Made by a program: the position numbers and the translations under genes. A model generated the notes under the pieces. It did no database searches. It was not told where the DNA came from and saw only the letters and a list, made by a program, of their open reading frames with translations. Positions 20,077-27,534 of a stretch of 34,109 nt of DNA are shown here, piece by piece. Positions within the stretch are counted from its first letter, which is position 1, and each line of letters begins with the position of its first letter. The stretch is from a virus (taxonomy: Duplodnaviria; Caudoviricetes). Where the stretch lies: positions 1 through 34,109 of IMG/VR virus record IMGVR_UViG_3300031631_000012. The stretch is one strand, 5' to 3'.

Positions 20077-20426
20077 TATTTGCCAACCATAACGATTGAA
20101 TCAGGAACCAAACTCTTAGCCTCTTCTTCTTGCTTACCAAATCTTTCTTTGTATATTATGTTACCAAGGTCAATTGCTGCTTTCTGAGATACAGAGGGGT
20201 TTACAGAGTCAAGGTTTCTTAGCATAGGTTTCATGATCTTCTCTTTAATGATCGCATCCTGAAACTTAACTCTAAACATGAAAGACTCACTCGACAACAT
20301 AATCTTCTGATCAAGCATCGACACGTCTGCTTTGAGCATTGCAATATCCAAGTCATAAGACTGGGTATACTGCATAATGACCTCTTCCATGAGTTCTTCA
20401 AGATTTTTTACATTAAACTTGTCCAT
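20076..20426 (-). CDS. terS: Probable terminase small subunit (start ATG 20426)
   Basis: Directly upstream of and coupled to terL; 116 aa, helical. Confidence 0.6.
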   Translation of the reverse strand: MDKFNVKNLEELMEEVIMQYTQSYDLDIAMLKADVSMLDQKIMLSSESFMFRVKFQDAIIKEKIMKPMLRNLDSVNPSVSQKAAIDLGNIIYKERFGKQEEEAKSLVPDSIVMVGK

Positions 20427-20432
20427 GTACAT

Positions 20433-20462
20433 AGTATATACACAGTATGTCTGGTATGTCAA
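20433..20462 (-). promoter_or_regulatory. sigma70-type promoter of the morphogenesis operon
   Basis: TTGACA-18 nt-TATACT on the minus strand. Confidence 0.7.
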
Positions 20463-20739
20463 GTTTTACTTATCATTTAGTATCTTATATATAACATATC
20501 TAATAGTATAACTCTGGATGTTGCTAAAAGTTCTGTGAGATGTGGCTGGCAGGGAGTCCTGAGATGCCGGAGGCCGTATCCTATGTTTTATGTGCATAAA
20601 GAATATGTGTACACATCAGAGTTCATTGACTGAGTGGTGTTTAAGTCCAAAGTGCTGCTTGGATATGACCCTATAATAATGGTCATACGCCAATGACCGC
20701 ATGATGATTAGTTGTATGTTGTGGGGTAGAGGTGTTATG

Positions 20740-20897
20740 GCATATGTGACACGTGTAATGGTAGTATTTGATATTTGACATGGAATATAGCATATGTGAC
20801 ACGTGTAATGGGGTAGAGATAGTAGAGGCTATTTGGCATGGAATATGGCATATGGCGTATGGCGTATGGCATATGGCATATGTGACACGTGTAATGG
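20740..20897. repeat. Three 22-bp direct repeats plus a heptamer array
   Basis: GCATATGTGACACGTGTAATGG at 20740, 20790 and 20876; (TATGGCR)x5 at 20844-20878. Confidence 0.95.
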
Positions 20898-21529
20898 TTG
20901 AAGTGTTGCTTGGGATATAGTGGTTAACACCTCTACATAGGGTGGGGTGTATATAGTCTTTGACATATATTGCGTACCACTTGTCAAATAACTAATCTTC
21001 TATACTTCACTAACTATTATTGTTTATTGTGTTGTGTGCATTGTATATGCTATGTACTACACTATATTATATATGTTATGTACTCCAGTATTATATATTA
21101 TGTATTATATATTGTGTAATACACTGGACTATACTACACTTCCTATATTGTGCTACTCATTACATACTACCTATTATATACTGGCCAGCTGGACACACTG
21201 ACTAACATACTACACTACTGTACTAACTGTTATAATATACATACTAATAGTATGTATGTAATAAACTGTGTAAATTATCTGATTTAATGTGGTATATACT
21301 TTTATACACAGTAATTGATAGACATACATACTGCGTCAATGTTACCCTATAAGACATAATAAGCCGATTATTAAGTATCATAATGATACAATATACATTG
21401 CTAAGTGTATATTATGTGTCAATATGATGCACTTAGCATTGTATCATATTGACTCATATTGATGTGTTACTGTGTATTAGCATTATACCATGCTTACACT
21501 GTGTTAAATTGTAGTAGTATGCTTACTAA

Positions 21530-21546
21530 TTGGCCTGATTCCTGCT
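21530..21546 (+). promoter_or_regulatory. Possible sigma54 (-24/-12) promoter upstream of the early island
   Basis: TTGGCCTGATTCCTGCT has GG-N10-GC with three mismatches to TGGCACG-N4-TTGCW. Confidence 0.4.
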
Positions 21547-21641
21547 ATATATAAGTATGGAAGTAATAAAAAACATGTTTAATTGTAACACTAACACTAT
21601 TGATCAAACTATAATCAATGTATACAATTGAATTACATAAT

Positions 21642-21847
21642 ATAGAGGAGATATAAAGATGGATGAAAAACTGTATACATATAGAATAATCTATACCGAT
21701 GATTTAAACCTAACTTACAAGAGAATGACAACAATTGCGCATAATTCAAACAATGCAAAAATTGTATGTATGGAAAGTAATAAAAAAATGGTTATTGTTG
21801 ACTGTATAAGACTAGCAAAATAGAGGAGATATAAAGATGGATGAAAA
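21642..21847 (+). repeat. 28-bp exact direct repeat spanning the RBS and first codons
   Basis: ATAGAGGAGATATAAAGATGGATGAAAA at 21642-21669 and 21820-21847. Confidence 0.95.
21659..21823 (+). CDS. Small early protein (54 aa)
   Basis: Manual ORF MDEKLYTYRIIY...CIRLAK with a GAGGAG SD. Confidence 0.75.
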   Translation: MDEKLYTYRIIYTDDLNLTYKRMTTIAHNSNNAKIVCMESNKKMVIVDCIRLAK

Positions 21848-22007
21848 GCATATGATCCAAATTGTTAACATACTTGACAGTAGTATAGACACAAGCAATC
21901 TTACTTATCAGGAACTAGAAACAATCAGCGACAGACTAATAGACCAGCATAACGATAATGTACGCAAAACAAAAACTTTTGAATCTTATTATAAAGGAGA
22001 TATATAA
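21837..22007 (+). CDS. Small early protein (56 aa)
   Basis: Manual ORF MDEKHMIQIV...YYKGDI with a GAGGAG SD. Confidence 0.75.
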   Translation: MDEKHMIQIVNILDSSIDTSNLTYQELETISDRLIDQHNDNVRKTKTFESYYKGDI

Positions 22008-22009
22008 AA

Positions 22010-22147
22010 ATGAGTGATTACACACAAGCACAAGAAATTATAAATAAACCAGTTAGCACATTAGAATTACTAATGTTACTATCAAATAATGACTTGCAAT
22101 ACTGCTTAATGGACGAAATAAAGGAGGATGAACAAAATGAATATTGA
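22010..22147 (+). CDS. Small acidic early protein (45 aa)
   Basis: Manual ORF MSDYTQAQE...EDEQNEY with an AAGGAG SD. Confidence 0.7.
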   Translation: MSDYTQAQEIINKPVSTLELLMLLSNNDLQYCLMDEIKEDEQNEY

Positions 22148-22538
22148 TGTGTACAATAGAATAAAAAAGAATAGCCTTCCACTACTGGAAGATTACAAAA
22201 CCGATTTGTTGCAACATGATTTTAAGCAAATAACAAGTATAGAATGGACTTCGTTTATACACTTTACCCGAAATAGTGGTACTCATTTATTAAAATTATC
22301 AACTGTCGGCTATCCTAAGAAAAATGAAATTGTACCCTACTTGTTTAGTCAAGCCGATAGACTACATATATTAAAAGAGTTATATACTGTATTTGAAACA
22401 TTGCAGGGAAGCGCACTAATTATTCAGTACTATGATTTTAATAATGATACTGTAAAAATAATCAGTTCGGAAAGTGCTGAAAGTTTGATTTTAAACTTTA
22501 CAAGAAATACAATAAAAAAATGGAGCGTAGAAAAATGA
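22137..22538 (+). CDS. Hypothetical early protein
   Basis: AAGGAGG SD 9 nt before ATG 22137; Y..DL..HD...F...R..GTHL pattern. Confidence 0.8.
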   Translation: MNIDVYNRIKKNSLPLLEDYKTDLLQHDFKQITSIEWTSFIHFTRNSGTHLLKLSTVGYPKKNEIVPYLFSQADRLHILKELYTVFETLQGSALIIQYYDFNNDTVKIISSESAESLILNFTRNTIKKWSVEK

Positions 22539-22861
22539 GAGATATTGAGGAAAAAATGGTAAGGGCTATACAAGATAAAAAGAGTTTTACTTTAGATAAT
22601 ACTAAAGTAATCATACAAGATGACAATACTATAGAAGTATTATTGCATAATAATCTAATTGCTAGAATTAAAATTGATGGCAGTATGCTTTTGTTTGATG
22701 GTGGATACCAAAGTAGTACTACTAAAAACAGACTTAATGCTTTGTTGTATGGTAGACCACAAAAAATATACCAGAAAAATTATTGTTGGTATGTCACAGA
22801 TACAATAAAAAATAAAACAATTCTTTTTGAGGATATAAATACATTAAACTTACAATTCTAA
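22535..22861 (+). CDS. Conserved phage hypothetical protein
   Basis: MR.IE..M..AI...NT.V...LH.N.IA...GG..S.TTK.RLNAL...YQK pattern, recognised from phage early proteins; ATGA overlap. Confidence 0.8.
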   Translation: MRDIEEKMVRAIQDKKSFTLDNTKVIIQDDNTIEVLLHNNLIARIKIDGSMLLFDGGYQSSTTKNRLNALLYGRPQKIYQKNYCWYVTDTIKNKTILFEDINTLNLQF

Positions 22862-22888
22862 TTTACAATAAAATAGGAGAATGAAAAA

Positions 22889-23188
22889 ATGAAAAATACA
22901 GTAACATTAAACGATTTTAAGGACGCTTTTAAAGATCATGATAGACAAGATAGTTTTAGTTATGAGGGATTTGAGGCATTATTTGACTCATTAGAAGAAT
23001 ATGAAAAAGATTGTGATATAGAAATTGAGCTGGATATTGTTGCTATTGATTGTGAGTATACAGAATATGAGAACTTCGAAGAATTACAAGATGTTTATGA
23101 TGATATTGAAAACATGGATGATTTGCGAGATAATACAATAGTTATAGAAATAGCAAATACTGACAGATTTATTATACAAGATTATTAG
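22889..23188 (+). CDS. Highly acidic protein, candidate DNA mimic / antirestriction factor
   Basis: 32 D/E versus 7 K/R in 99 aa (hand count); AGGAG SD. Confidence 0.55.
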   Translation: MKNTVTLNDFKDAFKDHDRQDSFSYEGFEALFDSLEEYEKDCDIEIELDIVAIDCEYTEYENFEELQDVYDDIENMDDLRDNTIVIEIANTDRFIIQDY

Positions 23189-23196
23189 TATAATTT

Positions 23197-23230
23197 GAAC
23201 ACTAGTATAATTGTATTAGTGTTCTTTGTT
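23197..23230 (+). terminator. Intrinsic terminator
   Basis: GAACACTAGTA / TATTAGTGTTC stem followed by TTTGTT. Confidence 0.6.
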
Positions 23231-23258
23231 ATCTTAATAATTAAAGGAAGGTGGAAAG

Positions 23259-23456
23259 ATGATCAAAATGGGAACAAATAGGGTTTATTGGAAAATAGAG
23301 TTTTTAACTAAGAAAGAAAATTGTGCTGTTGCATGCTTTAGCCCTAAGTTTTACGGTTCTTTTATAGACTGTAAAAAATGGGTAAACAATCAAGATTTTC
23401 TTAATTTCTATAGAAATAGTACAAAATTATATGAAAGAATAACTTTACAAGTATGA
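23259..23456 (+). CDS. Hypothetical protein (65 aa)
   Basis: ORF track; purine-rich SD region. Confidence 0.65.
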   Translation: MIKMGTNRVYWKIEFLTKKENCAVACFSPKFYGSFIDCKKWVNNQDFLNFYRNSTKLYERITLQV

Positions 23457-23486
23457 GTATATTAAAACTACAATTACAATATTCTT

Positions 23487-23516
23487 ATAGTCCAGTGTTA
23501 ACACTGGACTATTTTT
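23487..23516 (+). terminator. 26-bp perfect palindrome with T tail (terminator)
   Basis: ATAGTCCAGTGTT|AACACTGGACTAT followed by TTTT. Confidence 0.7.
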
Positions 23517-23539
23517 CATGTTCAAAGGAGTAAACAAAA

Positions 23540-23614
23540 ATGATTGAAATAATAAAGGGCTTTTTATTTTTTATGGGCTTGTGTCTGGTGTTGATTATAT
23601 TCTTTCTATTATGA
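23540..23614 (+). CDS. 24-aa single-pass membrane peptide
   Basis: AAGGAG SD; MIEIIKGFLFFMGLCLVLIIFFLL. Confidence 0.55.
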   Translation: MIEIIKGFLFFMGLCLVLIIFFLL

Positions 23615-23643
23615 AAGAAGTGTTAAATAAACTTGTCAGACTA

Positions 23644-23672
23644 TTGACTATTATTAGTTAGTATGATACACT
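23644..23672 (+). promoter_or_regulatory. sigma70 promoter with extended -10
   Basis: TTGACT-17 nt-TACACT with TGn. Confidence 0.75.
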
Positions 23673-23730
23673 CATATTAAGTTCAAGGTTGGTGTATGCC
23701 AAACCTAATAAAAACCAAGAGGGTAGAAAA

Positions 23731-24150
23731 ATGACAGAAGATAACAAAGCAGTAGAAGCACCAAAAGTATCAAAGTTTACAGAAAAAAGAAATGCAGCAA
23801 AAGCAACATTGAAAAAATACTTAGACACCAAACCAACCCTAACTCCAGAAGTTATGGACGCAATTAAATATATGGCTGGTTTGGGTGCAAGAAGTCAAGG
23901 TATGGTTGTTTCAAGTGCACTTCATGACTTGCTTGTAATTGGAAAACCTGTGCCACTTGTTGACATATTCACAAAGTTTGAATATGGTCGACCAACAATG
24001 GAGAAAAAGGTAAGAGACTTTATCAAAGCTTCTCCAGAAAATAGAATATGGGTTGCTTTTGAAAATGGTGCATATGTACTTAAAGGTAAAGGTGCTGATG
24101 CTCCAAGAGGTTGGACAGGATATCTCCCAACTGTTAAAGAAGAACTATAG
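23731..24150 (+). CDS. Hypothetical basic protein in its own transcription unit (139 aa)
   Basis: GAGGG SD before ATG 23731; flanked by a promoter and a terminator. Confidence 0.8.
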   Translation: MTEDNKAVEAPKVSKFTEKRNAAKATLKKYLDTKPTLTPEVMDAIKYMAGLGARSQGMVVSSALHDLLVIGKPVPLVDIFTKFEYGRPTMEKKVRDFIKASPENRIWVAFENGAYVLKGKGADAPRGWTGYLPTVKEEL

Positions 24151-24174
24151 AATATTAGTTCTTACATACTAACC

Positions 24175-24208
24175 AAGCCCTTCCAGTTAACTCTGGAAGG
24201 GCTTTTTT
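24175..24208 (+). terminator. Intrinsic terminator
   Basis: AAGCCCTTCCAG-TTAACT-CTGGAAGGGCTT-TTTT. Confidence 0.9.
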
Positions 24209-24213
24209 ATGCA

Positions 24214-24323
24214 CAGAGAGAGAGAGACACACACACATACATTCACACCTGCTATGTGCAGAGAGGCAGAGAGAGAGAGACACACAGACATGATCCAGAG
24301 AGGCAGAGAGAGAGAGACACACA
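24214..24323. repeat. Three GA/CA-rich direct repeats
   Basis: CAGAGAGGCAGAGAGAGAGAGACACACA is identical at 24259-24286 and 24296-24323. Its 20-nt core is also at 24214-24233, and a partial copy is at 25403-25421. Confidence 0.95.
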
Positions 24324-24329
24324 TCCCTT

Positions 24330-24346
24330 AGCAAGAAGCGTGCCAA
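24330..24346 (-). promoter_or_regulatory. Consensus sigma54 promoter
   Basis: Minus strand TTGGCACGCTTCTTGCT is an exact TGGCACG-N4-TTGCW match. Confidence 0.7.
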
Positions 24347-24589
24347 CTCTCTAAAATGGCCATACCTCCAATATCTCCAAATCGAAAATTTTTTGCCCTT
24401 AGCTAGCTTGAGAGTGCAATACAGATTTACAACACACTAAAGTAACAAAGAAGTGAAATAAATAACTTTAAATGGTAAATGGGAGTCAATAAATGGTCAA
24501 ATGTAACCACAGATGACCAATTGGCACGGACAAAATAGCGAAAAAAGTTCAAAATAAATTTCATAAATATCAATGTTTGTCAATAGCAC

Positions 24590-25270
24590 TTAGTGTGATC
24601 GTTTTACCCTCCAAATGATCGTTTCTGATCGTAAATAGCCCTTTTTGTGATCAAAAACGATCAAATAAGCCCCTTTCATTAGATACGTCACTCTGATACA
24701 TTATATACACAATCAGCGATATGGAGGAAATGGAGTTAAAATCCGCATTTTTATCTTCACGTGTTTTATAGAGTTACTGGAGATAACATATGCAAATGGA
24801 CATTTTTGGTGTATACTTTGTAACATGTTTGTCCCAAACGTGTATCAATGGATTTAACACATATAAGGGGCTGTACCAATATATAAACGTACTACACCAC
24901 CAAATATAAAATAAGAAGTGTAGAATACGGTGCGTTGTTACAAAGATGACAAAATATCTGTAGATTTTCAAAAAAAAAAAACGTAAAATCTCAAAAAATA
25001 TATTGCCTGTATATTTGTATATTTTGTATCACACTCGAGTAACTCTATACAGCATATAGACTTACAGCATCCACTTTGGGACAAACGTGTTACAAACTTT
25101 TTCAAATATCGCCATAACACGCAGCAAACGGCAAATACGGCTCAACATACTAAACTTAACTCTATACCCTGTAACGACTTATACACCTAATATACACTGT
25201 GACAAACTTCTCTTATGTTTGTCACAAAATTATTTTTCGTCAACATTCTTCAAAATGATCGTTTGGGGTC
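24590..25270. other. Non-coding block with iterated and inverted motifs; candidate replication origin
   Basis: Multiple TGATCGTTT copies, 16-bp and 22-bp inverted repeats, and an A12 tract. Confidence 0.4.
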
Positions 25271-25533
25271 ATAATTATTTTCAATTATTTTCATTAACCT
25301 CCAGCACGTATCAAGTCCTCCACAATCCTTCTCACCCGACATAATCCCCCACAATCCTCCAAAATTAGATCCATAACCCTCATAACACACCCGAATCTCC
25401 AACAGAGAGGCAGAGAGAGACGCATACCAATTAGTGATAGCAATACAGCATTTATCCATCAACAACGTCTCACAAGTCCACCAGTGAAGAGGTTTTATTG
25501 GTATCCGAATATCTGAAAATAGTTCTACCTCCC

Positions 25534-25562
25534 TTGACATTTAAATAGATATCTGATATATT
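25534..25562 (+). promoter_or_regulatory. sigma70 promoter with extended -10 for the right-arm operon
   Basis: TTGACA-17 nt-TATATT with TGn. Confidence 0.8.
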
Positions 25563-25614
25563 GATTTATGAGCAAATGAGTACAGAACGTAATAAATAAT
25601 AAGGAGGTGATAAA

Positions 25615-25917
25615 TTGGAAGAGCTACTAAGCAGAAAGATATCAGTTGATGGAGTTGAATACTACAAAGTATCAACATTTGCAAAATTAACAAAGAGATC
25701 TGAGCAATCAGTTAGATTGTTGGTCAATTCTGGAAATAGACTTCGCAAACTAAAGCATATAAAAATCGCTAGATCATTGTTAATTCCAGCAACAGAGTTG
25801 ACAGATTATCCTTTCTGCTTGGTAGGCATTTCAAGAAGGATAGTAAGATTTGATGCAAAGGGAGTTGAATATATTGAGTCATTAGACAACTACACAAAGA
25901 AGCAGAAAAAGAAATAA
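25615..25917 (+). CDS. Excisionase/MerR-like winged-HTH DNA-binding protein
   Basis: Y.V..FA....RS...VR.L...G..L...KI.RS.LIP pattern; AAGGAGGTG SD and TTG start. Confidence 0.65.
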   Translation: MEELLSRKISVDGVEYYKVSTFAKLTKRSEQSVRLLVNSGNRLRKLKHIKIARSLLIPATELTDYPFCLVGISRRIVRFDAKGVEYIESLDNYTKKQKKK

Positions 25918-25943
25918 TCAGTTAGATAAAGAGGTAAAAGATA

Positions 25944-26087
25944 ATGAAGAGCAAGGGCACAGTAACACAGCAGATTACAGCACTTAAAACTTCTATACGC
26001 AAGTTTGGTACGACCAGTGACAAACAAATAGCACTTAAAGACCTACAAAGTAAACTCAAGCAACAAAACTCAAAGAAAGAGGTGTAG
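25944..26087 (+). CDS. Small basic protein (47 aa)
   Basis: Manual ORF MKSKGTVTQQ...SKKEV with a GAGGT SD. Confidence 0.65.
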   Translation: MKSKGTVTQQITALKTSIRKFGTTSDKQIALKDLQSKLKQQNSKKEV

Positions 26088-26088
26088 T

Positions 26089-26379
26089 ATGACAGTATAC
26101 TACGCAAAGAGTGACAAAACAAAGAAGAAGTTTTTGTATGTGGAGCTTAGCAAAGAGCAGGCTGAAAGTTTGGAAGGTAACATAATAAGAGAGGAAGATG
26201 GACACAGAGTGCAGGCTAGAAGACAATTGCATGATCATGGTTGTCAATTTCATCTAACTACTGATGGTTCATTTGAGTTGTATTGTCATAAACGTAAAGA
26301 GACACCTAGAAAGGTATACATACTGGACACACAAAAACAACTTGATAAAGTACTTACAGTGTTAGGCTTCATCCTATAA
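26089..26379 (+). CDS. Hypothetical protein
   Basis: ORF track; GAGGTG SD. Confidence 0.75.
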   Translation: MTVYYAKSDKTKKKFLYVELSKEQAESLEGNIIREEDGHRVQARRQLHDHGCQFHLTTDGSFELYCHKRKETPRKVYILDTQKQLDKVLTVLGFIL

Positions 26380-26419
26380 AGCATGACATGCAGACACATA
26401 TAATGTAAGAGGTAAAGAA

Positions 26420-26644
26420 ATGAAAGATTTAATTGAAGACATAGCAAGTGCTATTGATGAGGGTGCACTCGAAGATGATGCTAAGGCAGAATTGCTTGAA
26501 GAGGCATGTAGAGAGTGGTTGTTACAGATTGCAGAGAGAGAGACAGATGAAGATGAGGTGTTGTGCAGTCATTGTAATGGATCAGGTGAAGGTATGTACG
26601 ATGGAACTAGGTGTACATCTTGTAAGGGTTCAGGAGTAGAATAA
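26420..26644 (+). CDS. Small protein with a DnaJ-type zinc finger
   Basis: CSHCNGSG and CTSCKGSG motifs. Confidence 0.75.
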   Translation: MKDLIEDIASAIDEGALEDDAKAELLEEACREWLLQIAERETDEDEVLCSHCNGSGEGMYDGTRCTSCKGSGVE

Positions 26645-26901
26645 TGTTTATAAAACTAAAGCTTAAGTCACAAGGGGCAAAGGTCGTATACATTAACACA
26701 GATCATATTGAAGCCTTTAGCTTAGTAAACAATCACACATACGTAGCTACTAGAGATCAGGATGCACACTATGATGTGCAAGAAACACCAGAAGAGATTG
26801 TAAGGATGATTAAAGCAACAGAGTCCGACAAAAGGTATGATACAATGGAAGCACTTAAAGATATACTACAACAGGTAACCATTTACACACAAACCAGTTA
26901 G
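26644..26901 (+). CDS. FlbD/SwrD-like small protein
   Basis: MFIKL...VYIN.D.IE...T.V...V.ET.EEIV pattern. Confidence 0.55.
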   Translation: MFIKLKLKSQGAKVVYINTDHIEAFSLVNNHTYVATRDQDAHYDVQETPEEIVRMIKATESDKRYDTMEALKDILQQVTIYTQTS

Positions 26902-26912
26902 GGAGTAAACAA

Positions 26913-27533
26913 GTGAAAAGTGAAGTAATACTAATACTTACTATAATGTTGTTAGCACAATTCAGTAACAGTATAACTGTGGACAAAGAACACAAAGTGG
27001 AGATTGCTCAAGTAAAGAGTGGTATAAGCTTAATGAGTAACTATCTGATAGTACAAAAGAACAAAGTATATAAGTATACTAAGCCTTTCAACATAGTTAA
27101 ACCAACTTCACCCTTTGGGTATAGAGAGTTGTTAAACCCTTTCACAGGTGGTGTTACAACAGGTAGTCACATGGGTATAGACATTGTTGGTAACTGGCAT
27201 TGTGAAGTTAGTTCAATTGCAGATGGTGTGGTACTTGATGTATGGCCAGTGCCTAACTGGTACTACAAGGGGCATGAATTATTTGGTGGATATATTAGAA
27301 TTGAACATGCAGATGGGTGGATTAGTGGATATGGCCACTTATCATCTATATATGTGAAAGAGGGTGATGTACTTAAAGATGGTTTGTTTTATCGCAATGG
27401 AAAGTTGTTACCTAGCAAGGGAGTCATGGGAAGACAAGGTAACACAGGTATGTCAACAGGTGAACATCTGCACCTGTCAATACAAGATGCAGAAGGTGAG
27501 TTTGTTGATCCTTTAGAATATTTGGAGTTGTAA
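26913..27533 (+). CDS. M23 family zinc metallopeptidase with a hydrophobic N-terminus
   Basis: HMGID (HxxxD), YGHL, GNTG.STG.HLH and VDP motifs. Confidence 0.9.
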   Translation: MKSEVILILTIMLLAQFSNSITVDKEHKVEIAQVKSGISLMSNYLIVQKNKVYKYTKPFNIVKPTSPFGYRELLNPFTGGVTTGSHMGIDIVGNWHCEVSSIADGVVLDVWPVPNWYYKGHELFGGYIRIEHADGWISGYGHLSSIYVKEGDVLKDGLFYRNGKLLPSKGVMGRQGNTGMSTGEHLHLSIQDAEGEFVDPLEYLEL

Positions 27534-27534
27534 T

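Noticed and set aside
20544-20576. GC-rich stem-loop as an HDV-like or other ribozyme
   Set aside because: I could not build a nested double pseudoknot or find any catalytic core.
20740-20897. CRISPR mini-array from the three 22-bp repeats
   Set aside because: The spacers are unequal (28 and 64 nt), resemble each other and contain heptamer repeats; no cas locus is present.
20959-20988. TTTGACA-N16-TGTCAAA as overlapping promoters
   Set aside because: Neither -35 has a -10 at the proper spacing. It could be an operator, but I have no support for that.
21020-21205. 61-aa Y/C/I-rich ORF
   Set aside because: Product of low-complexity AT-rich DNA, with no RBS.
24155-24346. 63-aa minus-strand ORF
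   Set aside because: It is a translation of dinucleotide repeats and a terminator, and its TTG start is part of the sigma54 motif.
24521-24540. TTGGCACG as another sigma54 promoter (also TTGGCATGG at 20833)
   Set aside because: No GC at the required GG-N10-GC position.
24774-25540. ORFs 24774-24971, 25087-25344 and 25250-25540
   Set aside because: No convincing SD or protein-like features; the ATG at 25540 is the complement of the TTGACAT promoter element.
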